Shown here: positions 8,807-18,370 of the stretch, one piece after another
How the letters are laid out: each line of letters starts with the position of its first letter
Position numbering within the stretch: position 1 is the first letter of the stretch
Assembly: GCA_963677105.1 (NCBI GenBank)
Contig: OY781871.1
Location: forward strand, 60,001 to 92,000
Source: Candidatus Saccharimonadota bacterium
Lineage (GTDB): Bacteria > Patescibacteriota > Gracilibacteria > UBA4473
Length of the DNA: 32,000 nucleotides
Direction of reading: 5' to 3'
Program-made: the position numbers and the translations under genes
The notes under the pieces: model-generated
What the model was told of the DNA's origin: nothing
Seen by the model: only the letters and a program-made list of their open reading frames with translations
Database searches by the model: none

Positions 8807-11800
8807 TTAATACACTTTCCCCTTAAAACTATCCATTAAGTCTTTCCAGTCAAAACTCTCATCTGTAAGCATTTTTTCTATGTTTCGACTAGAAAATACT
8901 TCCTGAGAAGCCTCTGCTTTTGTAAGGTCATATATTTTTGTACTTACATTTGCTTCCTTTTCACCACGTTTCACCGCCTTTAAGTTCTCAGAATTTTTTG
9001 CTTCTTTTGCCTCCGCTGTTTGCCCATTTTTCACAAGCCATTCGTTTTCATTTTGATAAATACTTTTAAATTCTGTTCGCCCTGAAACATCCAACAATTT
9101 ATCCAAGACTTTATTTGTAGCTTCAAATGAACCTCGTGCACACGGCGAATATTGCTCATGTTTGTTGAAATCTGAAGTCTGAAAAATAATTGGTTTACGT
9201 TCATTTAGGTTAATATTTCCTAATACTGAATGAAATAATATCGTCATTGCCTTCATACGATCAGCTACCTCTACGAAATTTCGTTCTCGAATTTTTGCCC
9301 ATTCTGGATTATCTTTTCCGTATTCAGCATCTCCTTTTCGAATATATTTCGAAATTCCGTTGAAGTACGGCACATATCCAGCCATAACATTACGCCAGAA
9401 GTCGGGAGTATATTTATCTTCATCTGTAGAAGTCGTATTCAACATTTTAGTGACTGATTCCATCGTTAATCCTGCTGCAAACAAAGCAGCATCATCGTGA
9501 TCAAAAGATTTCGTTCCGTTTCGCACCATTCGCTCTAGACGTGCACGAGACTCTTCTGATTGTAATACATATTCATAAAAGAATTCTTGTACATTTGTAC
9601 GAGCATCCTCAACTGAAAAGTTTCCACTTGTTCCAGAATCTAGCATGTCAGCCCACGCTTCATAATCTTCATATATCCATCCTCTTCTTTCTGCACCAGG
9701 CGTTCCTTTTGGTACAAATCTTCCGTCTTTTTTATATCCACTTTTATCAATAAAGAAATCAAAATACGGCATATTTGCCAATAAATCTCCGTTCAAACGA
9801 CCCAAAAAGTCCCGAGACAAAATTCCATGTTTCACTCCCATTATCAAAAAGTACCAACGAGAATCAAACATCGGACCTCCATTTAATTTTCCAAGCTCAA
9901 ATGCTTTTCGCAAGAAGAGTCCATATTTCGCCGGATCCGTATTTTCACGTTTATTATTTGCCCAATTTCGAAGCATGTTTTGTAAAATAATCCCACGCGC
10001 TTTCGGGTCATATTCAAATCGTTGAAAGTCCGCTGTAAATTCGTCCTCTTTGGATTTGATTTTTGATTCAAGTGAAGTATCCCATTGTCGAAATGTCTCA
10101 CGAGACCAAATAAACTCACACACATCTCGACATTTTTCCAAGATTTGAGAAAGTTCAAGGTTTATATCATTATCATTGAAAAACACAGCATTGTGAGAAA
10201 GTCTCATAAAGGTTTTCCATAACTTTGGATCATCCCAACGAAAAACTCCCTTTTCAATTAACAACCGAATACAAGCTTTTGCTTCATCTTGATCGTTTGT
10301 AGTGTATAAAGTTTCTTGTGTTTCCCACCATGGATCTTCATCCATTTCGGTTTCAATTTCTTTTACACGTGCTTCCTCTGTTTCTTGCGATTTTCGATGA
10401 AATTCTTTTCCCCATGGAGAAGTTCTCCCAAAAAAGGATACTCCAATATTTGCTATCGCTTGCTCACTTTTTCGTTCCCATCGACGAGAATGAACTTCAA
10501 TTGTTTGTTTTACCAATGAATACAAATCATGAATTGAAAATTTTTGATATTTTTTTACCGATCCCATTTTGTTTTTATCCCAATCCTCAATCCAACGAGC
10601 CATGCTTTCTGCTTGATTTTTTGCCTCATGAGACCAATCTGTAAATCCGCGAAACTGACTCATTTCTCCAAGTGCTGTTACACGTGACTCTGGTGATTTA
10701 TTATAATTTTTTAACCAATTCTTGAAAAAAGATGGTGACAAAAACTTCTTTGAACCATTTTCAAATACATCTAATTGATTGTCGTGACTCTCAATCATTT
10801 CTTTCATATGCATTGGATCCATTCCTCCATGACGTTCAGTAAATTCTTCTTCACTCAATCGATTCATATCTTTTTCTAATTTACTTTTCACAGAAATAAA
10901 ATTGGCTCTATAGCTTGAGAAATTTGATGCGAATTCTGATCGCATCTCTTCATATTTTCCACGAAAATCTTCTTTGTCTTCTGATGTGTCTGTAAAGAAT
11001 TCCCCTTTGTCCAAAAACTTAACCGTTTCGGTATCTTGTTCTAAATGAACATCTAAGTTTTTAGAATTTTCTGCAAATTTTCCATCATTAAAGTTAATGG
11101 TATTACTTAAAGCTTGTATTGCCTTTGGTAGAAGAGAAAAGATTTCTTCATCACCATAATATTTATATTCATTCTTTTTTGAATTTCGTTGAAATGAATT
11201 AATTCCTTTTTCAATTTCTAATAACCATCCTTCTGTCGTTTCTGAAATATTTTTCACAAACTCTTTCGCCAATTCTGAATCTTTGGGTAATAACTCTTCT
11301 AAAATTGTTGTATGATCTTTCAACAATTGTTTCAATCTATTTTTTATTTGTGGCCATTGAGCAAAGATCGAATCCAATTTTGATTTCAACCCTTTTAATT
11401 TTGATTTTTTTTCTACATTTGATTCAAGATCATTTAGTTCCTTATATCCTTCTGCTATTTCAAAAACTTTCACTTTCACACCTTCATCAAGAACTTTTTG
11501 TATTTCTTTTTCAACACTTTTCCCTTGAAATGCCATTTCTGTAAGAATATTTTTTCCTGGAGCCCAAATCGTTTTCTTTTCTCCAGACTGCATTTCTATT
11601 GTCATTTTCCCTCCATCTCCGTACCATTTTTTCCGTACTTCCCACGCTTGTTCTAACTTATCTGCTTCAGAATTATAGTGATCCGCCATTTCTGGTTTTT
11701 CTTCTCCTCTTTTTCGTAAAGCTTCAATAATCGCGACATTTCTTTCTTGTTCTGCTTGTATTCGTTTTACCGTATCTAGTTTTTCTGATTCATATTTTGA

Positions 11801-14098
11801 ATGTTCAGCTGCAACAACTGTTGGATCTTGTGTTGCCGGAGAAAGTCGTCCATGTAAACGATCCCAGTTCGAATAGAATTCATTTTGTTTGTCTCCAGAT
11901 ATTTTTCCTTTTACTTGAGAGAAAATTAATTCTCGATAATGCATTATTGCTCCTTCAAGAAGTTCTGATAATTGTTGTGGTTTCTGAAACTCATTTTGAA
12001 TATCAAATCCTTGTTGTTGTAATCGCTCAATTAAGTTTTCATACGACAATTGTTTGTCCAAGTCTGTGTACCACAACTCATAACGATCATCTGGAAAACT
12101 CAATTCATCAAAAACACCTACTAACGCACCTTCAAAAGCTTGTCGAAATTTTTGGATTTTTTCTTGTTCTGGACGATTTGAAATATATTCTTGAATGTCT
12201 TCCGCGAAATCTTCATTCCAAAGAACATCAAAATCCACAGCATTTAATTGTCGATCATTAAGCCGTTTTTGAATTCCACTCCAAAATTTCTCATGTGCTT
12301 CTCGAGCATATTTTTGTGGATCTGAAAAAATTTCATTCCATTCATCTCGTTCTTTTAGTTCTTTCACAAAGGTTTCTTGTGATTTTTTTAATTCCGCCTT
12401 TTTCTCTTCATATTCTTTCTTTTGAGACTCAAAATCTTCACTAAACGGCATTTTATTAATAGCTGATTCAGCTTCTTTTTCTTGTTTTTCAAGCTCTTCT
12501 TCATATTTTTTTAACCCAATATTCACCTCTTTTAACAGAGGAATATCTTCTTCTGGAGTTGCTGTAACTCCATAATTAGAAGTATTTGGAAGCTTTTCTT
12601 TTAATAAATCTTGAAACTCTTGAATTGTAGATTCTTTCTCTTCGAGAGAAGATTCCCCTGCTTCATATTTCTCTTGAATTGTTTTGAACAATGGAAGTGC
12701 TTCTTCCAATTGTATTTTATAATTTTCAATGTATACATCTTGATCTTCTTGATATTTCTGTTTTCGTTCAAGGTCTCTTTCGTCATCATTCAAATCCAAC
12801 TGCCCGTCTAAAACTTTTTGTCGTGCTTCAGCTGCTTGTACTTCAAATTTCACAATGTTATCCCATCGAGAAACAAGTTCTTCCACTTGAGAAAGCTGTT
12901 CTTCCCAACAAGTATTAATCGCATCTTCCCTTTTTTGTTTTGCTTCTAAATATTGCAACACTTCTGGAGCATCGGGTTTATTTTCTTTATGTCGTGCTAC
13001 TTCTTCATCCTTTACCAAATCATATTTTTCTTTTAGCTCTCGTAATTCTTTATTTATTGCATCCTTTGCAATTTCTTCTGGTGCAAGTTCTGCCCACTCT
13101 GTTTCTGAATATTTTGTAGGCAAATAGTCAGGATTATTTTTCAATTCATTCAACGCATGTAGATGAACTGGTAAAAAGGGTGATTGTTCTCGTGCAAATT
13201 GTAATAACTCAACTGATCGAGCTCTTCCAATAAATTTTGCTAATTCTTCAGGAGAAAATGTTGAAGTCAAATCTTCAATCATTTCCATATCTCCTGCTGC
13301 CATCCATTCATCAATAAATCCCCAACCCAAAACCATTGTTGGATCTTCAGGATTTTCTTTGATCGCAGCCATTGCTTCTTTTGCAAATGTACGAGCAGAA
13401 GCCCCATCACAATAATCAACCCAATCTTTACTATTTGGAAACATTCGGTAAATCGATGCGATGATAAGTTTCTCTTGTTTTGTTATTTTTTTTATAGCAC
13501 CTCGATTTGTATTATTTCCAGAAAGAGTATCTTTCACTTGTTCTGAAATTGATCCTGATTTTAATACATCAAGTGCCCAACCTAATAGATTTTCTTGTAC
13601 ATCATTGAAGACTATTTTTAATCGTGGATCATCGTGCACACGTGAACGCAATCGTCGATACAAAAGACTTGCTCGAATTGCCATTGATGGTGTCGTCAAC
13701 GATTTTTTAGAAAATCCAATCAACTCCTCTATTTGAGAATCAAGCACATTTTTTATTTGTTCTTGCATTTTTTTTGACAAAAGCGAAAACAACGGAGACT
13801 GTTCTATTTGCACCAACATGTGAGGCGGCAAATTTTTTGTTCCAGATTTTTGTTTTATAGATAAAAAATATCCAGCAATATCACGAAAATCTTTTTTCTG
13901 TTCTGGAGACAGATTTTTTGAATCATCTTCCATTGCTCGTAATTCACGAGTACTGAATTTCAATGGGTTTTTTAACTCCAAATCAGCCACTTCATTTTTC
14001 TCTGATTTGTTGACTCCTCCACACGAAATCCCGTCTAGCCACACCATTCGTGTTTGCCATCCGTTATTATCTCGTTGCCAGTGCAAGAAATCTCTCAT
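8807..14098 (-). CDS. Very large (1763 aa) Glu/Lys-rich hypothetical protein with no signal peptide and no TM segment
   Basis: This is a complete ORF with an ATG at 14096-14098. Long charged heptad-like stretches occupy about residues 330-1000 (for example ELRELKEKYDLVKDEE and KKYEEELEKQEKEAESA). The C-terminal third is Trp/aromatic-rich and globular (RWYFLIMGVKHGILSRDFLGRLNGDLLANMPYFDFF). I see no Walker or other catalytic motif. Confidence 0.9.
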   Translation of the reverse strand: MRDFLHWQRDNNGWQTRMVWLDGISCGGVNKSEKNEVADLELKNPLKFSTRELRAMEDDSKNLSPEQKKDFRDIAGYFLSIKQKSGTKNLPPHMLVQIEQSPLFSLLSKKMQEQIKNVLDSQIEELIGFSKKSLTTPSMAIRASLLYRRLRSRVHDDPRLKIVFNDVQENLLGWALDVLKSGSISEQVKDTLSGNNTNRGAIKKITKQEKLIIASIYRMFPNSKDWVDYCDGASARTFAKEAMAAIKENPEDPTMVLGWGFIDEWMAAGDMEMIEDLTSTFSPEELAKFIGRARSVELLQFAREQSPFLPVHLHALNELKNNPDYLPTKYSETEWAELAPEEIAKDAINKELRELKEKYDLVKDEEVARHKENKPDAPEVLQYLEAKQKREDAINTCWEEQLSQVEELVSRWDNIVKFEVQAAEARQKVLDGQLDLNDDERDLERKQKYQEDQDVYIENYKIQLEEALPLFKTIQEKYEAGESSLEEKESTIQEFQDLLKEKLPNTSNYGVTATPEEDIPLLKEVNIGLKKYEEELEKQEKEAESAINKMPFSEDFESQKKEYEEKKAELKKSQETFVKELKERDEWNEIFSDPQKYAREAHEKFWSGIQKRLNDRQLNAVDFDVLWNEDFAEDIQEYISNRPEQEKIQKFRQAFEGALVGVFDELSFPDDRYELWYTDLDKQLSYENLIERLQQQGFDIQNEFQKPQQLSELLEGAIMHYRELIFSQVKGKISGDKQNEFYSNWDRLHGRLSPATQDPTVVAAEHSKYESEKLDTVKRIQAEQERNVAIIEALRKRGEEKPEMADHYNSEADKLEQAWEVRKKWYGDGGKMTIEMQSGEKKTIWAPGKNILTEMAFQGKSVEKEIQKVLDEGVKVKVFEIAEGYKELNDLESNVEKKSKLKGLKSKLDSIFAQWPQIKNRLKQLLKDHTTILEELLPKDSELAKEFVKNISETTEGWLLEIEKGINSFQRNSKKNEYKYYGDEEIFSLLPKAIQALSNTINFNDGKFAENSKNLDVHLEQDTETVKFLDKGEFFTDTSEDKEDFRGKYEEMRSEFASNFSSYRANFISVKSKLEKDMNRLSEEEFTERHGGMDPMHMKEMIESHDNQLDVFENGSKKFLSPSFFKNWLKNYNKSPESRVTALGEMSQFRGFTDWSHEAKNQAESMARWIEDWDKNKMGSVKKYQKFSIHDLYSLVKQTIEVHSRRWERKSEQAIANIGVSFFGRTSPWGKEFHRKSQETEEARVKEIETEMDEDPWWETQETLYTTNDQDEAKACIRLLIEKGVFRWDDPKLWKTFMRLSHNAVFFNDNDINLELSQILEKCRDVCEFIWSRETFRQWDTSLESKIKSKEDEFTADFQRFEYDPKARGIILQNMLRNWANNKRENTDPAKYGLFLRKAFELGKLNGGPMFDSRWYFLIMGVKHGILSRDFLGRLNGDLLANMPYFDFFIDKSGYKKDGRFVPKGTPGAERRGWIYEDYEAWADMLDSGTSGNFSVEDARTNVQEFFYEYVLQSEESRARLERMVRNGTKSFDHDDAALFAAGLTMESVTKMLNTTSTDEDKYTPDFWRNVMAGYVPYFNGISKYIRKGDAEYGKDNPEWAKIRERNFVEVADRMKAMTILFHSVLGNINLNERKPIIFQTSDFNKHEQYSPCARGSFEATNKVLDKLLDVSGRTEFKSIYQNENEWLVKNGQTAEAKEAKNSENLKAVKRGEKEANVSTKIYDLTKAEASQEVFSSRNIEKMLTDESFDWKDLMDSFKGKVY

Positions 14099-14102
14099 TT
14101 AT

Positions 14103-14117
14103 TCCAGTAATTATACC
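14103..14117 (-). promoter_or_regulatory. -10-like box GGTATAATTACTGGA, 11 nt upstream of the 1763-aa gene ATG (implies a very short leader)
   Basis: The minus strand reads acGGTATAATTACTGGAataaATG. TATAAT is at 14110-14115. The box is near-identical to the one at 16608-16622. Confidence 0.4.
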
Positions 14118-14129
14118 GTATTTCATGTG

Positions 14130-14151
14130 AAAAAAACAGTGTTTAAAACAC
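14130..14151 (-). terminator. Weak candidate intrinsic terminator after the 797-aa gene
   Basis: The minus strand reads GTGTTTtAAACAC (an imperfect short hairpin, 14139-14151), then tg and a run of seven T (14130-14136). The stem is short and AT-rich. Confidence 0.2.
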
Positions 14152-14252
14152 ATATACAGTAGCGATAGTATTCAAAACATTGTTTTATAATATTTTATAA
14201 AAAATAAGATTCAAAAAGTATTCTTCTTTATGACGAATATTTCCCTATATAA

Positions 14253-16601
14253 TTATTCTTCTTTAGCATCCGTTTCGTTGACTAAAGCCACTTTACCTTC
14301 TCCATCAAGCGCAATTGTTTTGCCTTCTCCTTGGACTGCTCTAAATGCAGCCATGATTCTTTCATTCTTTTTAAATGCATCTACTTGATCCTGTGTTATA
14401 CCACTTTTCCCAATCAATTCGATGAGTACTGCAGCATAGTCTGCCGCCATATCTTCTGTTCTAATTCCATTAATATCATTTGTGTCCATTCCTTTTTCTG
14501 TATCTTCCCCACTAACACTAACATTAAACGTATTATTTGTGGTATTAATAGAACTTTTATCTACTGTTGAATTTTCTACTTTTTCTCTCAAACTTTCTTT
14601 CGTAGTTTCCTTTGAATCAGTTGTACTACTTGATCCACCACTATACGAACCTCCATAATTTGATTCTGTGGTAAAGAATACATCTCGCCCATCAAGTCCC
14701 AACGAAGAACGATTTGCTCGCACAGATTCTTCATATTTTTTCAAATCACCAGCCGCTTCTTTCCAAAGCCCAGCAAGTGTTCCACTTACTCGTGGATCAC
14801 TAGACCGCTCTAGAGCTTGTCCATATTCTTTACGATGACTTAATAATTCCTGAGAACTAGAAGCTTTAAATCCTAATTTTATTGCATCATCTACACTCGT
14901 TATAGTCGTATTAGATAAATTTCTTGCAAATTCACTTTGAGTAATACCAAATGCTTCAGCCATATTTGTTGCATTTGTTGTAGCCACTGTATCTTGTGCA
15001 CGCTTAATCATTGTTGGAGCCTGTAACACACTTCCCAAAGAAAATTTCTTTTCCTCTGTACCAGTTCCCACAGAGAACATTTGTCTATCAATTGTAACCA
15101 TTTTCCCAACACTTCCCGCCAGCATTTCGGCTCCAGATTGAACACCTTGAATTAATTTTTCTGCGACACTTCCTTCAACTGCCCAGAATGCTACTTTCCA
15201 AAAAAGTACAATCGTCGCAATTTGCCATAAAAACGCATATTCATTTTGTCCTAACTGAGACAATGCCGGACCAAAAACAAATGTTTGTCCTGATAAATCT
15301 CCTTGTATTTCTATCATTGCAGACATCATTACAAAACCAACAGCAAATGCTGCCGCAACTTTCAGTGGCATAATTAAATGCGTAACAATTTTTGAGACAA
15401 TCTCATTTCCTTTTCCTCCATCTACTCCCAAAATTGAAGATCCAATAAGTAAAGGAGAAAACACTAATGAAATCCATAAGACAATTAATCGTGCAATCAT
15501 CGCAATGAAAACGGCTATCAATGCAACAATAAATGCAAGTGCCATAATTGCAGAAAATAATGTATTCGTAACAACAGAACCTAAGTTTTTAATTTCTGCA
15601 CCAAGCGCTGGTAGACGTTCTAAATGCATAAACGTGGAACCAAATGCCGCAAATAAATTTTGTCCTGGCTCACTACTTTTCTCAAAAATAGCTCCGAATT
15701 TCTGTGGCTGTAACAAAAACACACACGTATCATCTGTTGCTGCTTCTGTATCATAGTTTGCACTCCCCCATTTCACCCAATTTTGACAAAACAAATCGTT
15801 TATTTGTTCCGTAAATCCTCGACAAACGAAATAATCATCTCCGTTTTTTGCAACAACATTACAGAGTTTTGGATCATCTCCAGCTGGGATGACATAATCT
15901 TTTCTACACGCTGCATTCACATCTTCTCTAATAAAATCTTCCCATTTATCTGAACAACTTCCTTCATTTACCACATCTCCATCTTCACCAAGATCACTTT
16001 TTAAATCAGAATTATTAAATATTTCTAGCTGTCTATCTTCAGGAACTTTTTTCCAAGTTTTCTCTGCAATTAATCTTCCTCCAATTTTTGAATTTGATTC
16101 CAAACGATGATCTGCAATTCCTAAAATTGCAATTGTTCCAATATTAATAGCATCAATCACTACTTTGAATCCTAATAATGAAAAATTAATCGCTATAATT
16201 GCTATAATCAATTTTGGTAATTTTTCTTTAATAGTCCAATTCCCTCCTTCTCCTCCAAGTCCTAATGATGAAAATAAATTTGAAAAAGCAAGAAACAGTA
16301 ATACCCCAACAAATAAAATATTCGTAAGATTTCGAACCCACATCCACATTGGCTGAATAGCTCTCATTGCTAAAGAACCTGTAATCATTTCTGTTCCAAG
16401 CAATTCTCCAAAAAATTTCAACATTAATAATGCTAAAAATGTCAAAATATCAATCACTACTCCTGCAATCTGTGCCAATCCTTTCAATGGATCTGATCCT
16501 TGTGTTGTATTTTCAGCAAATGTTACGACAGGAATCAATAAAAGCCCGACAACTAAAATCGTCGGAATGTATGCACGAAAACGAATAAATAATTTTTTCA
16601 T
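14253..16601 (-). CDS. Polytopic membrane protein (about 782 aa from the ATG at 16601) with a signal peptide, about 7-8 TM segments, a 6-Cys extracytoplasmic loop and a roughly 300-aa soluble C-terminal tail
   Basis: From the ATG at 16601 the protein begins MKKLFIRFRAYIPTILVVGLLLIPVVTFA|EN. Hydrophobic helices include ILFVGVLLFLAFSNLF, LIIAIIAINFSLLGF, LFSAIMALAFIVALIAVFIAMIARLIVLWISLVF and FLWQIATIVLFWKVAFWAV. The loop carries C231, C247, C262, C275, C287 and C308 (15723-15956). The GTG-started 15-aa extension in the track (to 16646) overlaps a promoter-like element. Confidence 0.85.
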   Translation of the reverse strand: MKKLFIRFRAYIPTILVVGLLLIPVVTFAENTTQGSDPLKGLAQIAGVVIDILTFLALLMLKFFGELLGTEMITGSLAMRAIQPMWMWVRNLTNILFVGVLLFLAFSNLFSSLGLGGEGGNWTIKEKLPKLIIAIIAINFSLLGFKVVIDAINIGTIAILGIADHRLESNSKIGGRLIAEKTWKKVPEDRQLEIFNNSDLKSDLGEDGDVVNEGSCSDKWEDFIREDVNAACRKDYVIPAGDDPKLCNVVAKNGDDYFVCRGFTEQINDLFCQNWVKWGSANYDTEAATDDTCVFLLQPQKFGAIFEKSSEPGQNLFAAFGSTFMHLERLPALGAEIKNLGSVVTNTLFSAIMALAFIVALIAVFIAMIARLIVLWISLVFSPLLIGSSILGVDGGKGNEIVSKIVTHLIMPLKVAAAFAVGFVMMSAMIEIQGDLSGQTFVFGPALSQLGQNEYAFLWQIATIVLFWKVAFWAVEGSVAEKLIQGVQSGAEMLAGSVGKMVTIDRQMFSVGTGTEEKKFSLGSVLQAPTMIKRAQDTVATTNATNMAEAFGITQSEFARNLSNTTITSVDDAIKLGFKASSSQELLSHRKEYGQALERSSDPRVSGTLAGLWKEAAGDLKKYEESVRANRSSLGLDGRDVFFTTESNYGGSYSGGSSSTTDSKETTKESLREKVENSTVDKSSINTTNNTFNVSVSGEDTEKGMDTNDINGIRTEDMAADYAAVLIELIGKSGITQDQVDAFKKNERIMAAFRAVQGEGKTIALDGEGKVALVNETDAKEE

Positions 16602-16607
16602 GAAAAA

Positions 16608-16643
16608 TCTAGTAATTCTACCAAATAATTGAGAAAAAATCAA
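16608..16643 (-). promoter_or_regulatory. Candidate promoter of the 797-aa membrane protein gene
   Basis: On the minus strand, TTGATT (16638-16643) is followed by a 17-nt spacer and TGgTAGAAT (extended -10, TAGAAT at 16615-16620), 13 nt before the ATG at 16601. The box GGTAGAATTACTAGA parallels 14103-14117. Confidence 0.4.
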
Positions 16644-16695
16644 CACTAAAAGCCGATTAATTCAATATATCAATAAATTTATATCGAATCATTTT

Positions 16696-18366
16696 CTATT
16701 TATTTTCTCCTGCTATTTTTTCTTTCGCTTCTTTTCGAATTTCTGTCAATTTTGATCGTATAATTTCTGGTAATTGTTCCGCTTCATATTCACCATCTTT
16801 TTCTTTCTCTTCTCGTTTTACAAATTTTTCAGACTGAGTAATGAGAATTTTATGCTCCTCTGATGAAAACTTTTTCCAAATTAATTTTTGTTCCGCTTTC
16901 GTAAATGTTTTTTCATCTTGAAAGTGCGTCAATATTCCTTTTGCTTTATTCTTTTTTAGAAATGCGCTAAGCGCCGCTAATGGCTTTGCTCCAAACTTTA
17001 TCGTTCTTTTCGTCTTTTCTGGAATAGATTTTTTATAGAAATCAGGTTGTGCCAATTTTTGCAATTTCATAACACCAGAAATTGTAAGAAAGAAAATCAC
17101 TCCGCTCGCTAATGCCATTCCTGCTCCTCCCATTCCAAGAAAACGTCTTATTCCTCTTTTTGGACGAGACAAACTAAATCCCTTTGCTCCTTTTGAAGCA
17201 GTTCTGTCGATAAACATTTTTGATAAGTCAACTTCAGGAAGAGGTGTTCCACTTTGTTTTTGTTTACTCATCTCTGTCTGTAATTTAGACCATAAACTTG
17301 AATCTTCTTTGAAAAAATCCAACATTTCCCGTTCTGCATTTGTTGCTAAAACACGACGAATTTCACTCGGAACCGCTTCTCTATTCCACAATTTTACTCG
17401 AAACATTGCTAATTCTTTTTCATCCAATCGGTGTTCTGCCATTTGAAGAATAAATGTAGCAGCACTTTTTATATTTCTGTCTGAAAATTCTGGAGATTGT
17501 CCCAATTCTTTCGCGTCTTGATATGAATCCATTTCATTCATTACATTTCTCAAATTGTCATCTCCGATTTCTAATCCTTTTGCTCGCAACTCAAACGCAT
17601 TTTGATTTCCAGTAGCCAACTCATATGCAAAATCATGTGATTCCGTTTGCCCTGTCGCTAAATATTTATAAATCGGCGTTGTTCCTGGTGATTGAAATTT
17701 CTTTGAACCGGTTTGTTTTAATACGCTCCACACTTCTTCTGGATTATCAATTAAGCTCACCACTAAATTTCCTGTTCCTGTTATCACTGGCGCAATTACT
17801 TCTTCTCCAGCTGTTCTCAATGCAATTGCTAATCCGCTTGTTATTTTTGGATGAGTTACTGTAGCAGCTATTGCCGCCCACGTAGAAGCTTTTTGTAATC
17901 GTTTCATCATATTTCCTTCAGTGCTTCCATACCCAAATGTTCCCACAACTGCTCCTATTTTTAAACTTTCTTGCCATCCATTTGGAATTATTTGATTGTA
18001 GCTTTTATTCCAATTACTTATTCGAAGAGCAAATCTTTTTCCAATATTATCTATATTCTGACCATATACTTCCGGCGTCAATTGACGAGCCTTGCTTTCC
18101 GGTAATTCTTGAGCAATTGTATGACGAATATCATCATAAATTTTATCTCCAACTTCAATTCCCTCTTTTATTTTCTTTTCATTTTCAACTGATTGAGAGA
18201 GTTGTTGTTTTTCTTCTGTTTCAATTTTTTGAGAAAGATCATTTAAATCTTTTTTTATTGGCTCCGTAGAAATCAATTCTTGTGTTTCTTTTTTTTCAAC
18301 ATTCAAAATCCCCTTTCCAGATTGCTCTGAAGAAAAGAAGTTATAATGTGAAAAAAGAAGTTTCAT
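16696..18366 (-). CDS. Hypothetical 556-aa protein with a single TM segment near residue 420 and a Lys-rich C-terminal tail
   Basis: This is a complete ORF with no N-terminal signal peptide. It has a Gly/Ala-rich hydrophobic patch (IGAVVGTFGYGS, WAAIAATVTHPKITSGLAIAL) and the TM segment FLGMGGAGMALASGVIFFLTISGVM. It starts 4 nt after the stop of the upstream 182-aa gene. Confidence 0.8.
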   Translation of the reverse strand: MKLLFSHYNFFSSEQSGKGILNVEKKETQELISTEPIKKDLNDLSQKIETEEKQQLSQSVENEKKIKEGIEVGDKIYDDIRHTIAQELPESKARQLTPEVYGQNIDNIGKRFALRISNWNKSYNQIIPNGWQESLKIGAVVGTFGYGSTEGNMMKRLQKASTWAAIAATVTHPKITSGLAIALRTAGEEVIAPVITGTGNLVVSLIDNPEEVWSVLKQTGSKKFQSPGTTPIYKYLATGQTESHDFAYELATGNQNAFELRAKGLEIGDDNLRNVMNEMDSYQDAKELGQSPEFSDRNIKSAATFILQMAEHRLDEKELAMFRVKLWNREAVPSEIRRVLATNAEREMLDFFKEDSSLWSKLQTEMSKQKQSGTPLPEVDLSKMFIDRTASKGAKGFSLSRPKRGIRRFLGMGGAGMALASGVIFFLTISGVMKLQKLAQPDFYKKSIPEKTKRTIKFGAKPLAALSAFLKKNKAKGILTHFQDEKTFTKAEQKLIWKKFSSEEHKILITQSEKFVKREEKEKDGEYEAEQLPEIIRSKLTEIRKEAKEKIAGENK

Positions 18367-18370
18367 GTTT

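Noticed and set aside
8588-8839. 83-aa + strand ORF spanning the intergenic gap between the giant gene and the 1763-aa gene.
   Set aside because: It overlaps the ends of both flanking minus-strand genes and has no export or domain features. The region is better explained as a promoter or spacer.
11797-12261. 154-aa + strand ORF inside the 1763-aa gene. Similar cases are 19410-19925 (+), 26941-27321 (-), 27549-28073 (-) and 30742-31179 (+).
   Set aside because: All lie antisense to long ORFs that are far better supported by recognisable families (nucleotidyltransferase, secA, GT4) or, for the 1763-aa gene, by sheer length. All have low-complexity composition.
14099-14252. Possible small RNA or tRNA in the 154-nt AT-rich intergenic region. 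The other gaps were also checked: 23404-23591, 24660-24765 and 25561-25683.
   Set aside because: I could find no cloverleaf-compatible GC-rich stems or conserved tRNA boxes by eye. The sequences are AT-rich spacers better explained as promoters or terminators.
16602-16646. GTG-initiated 15-aa N-terminal extension of the 797-aa ORF.
   Set aside because: The extension contains a promoter-like TTGATT-17-TGgTAGAAT element. The ATG at 16601 yields a canonical signal peptide.
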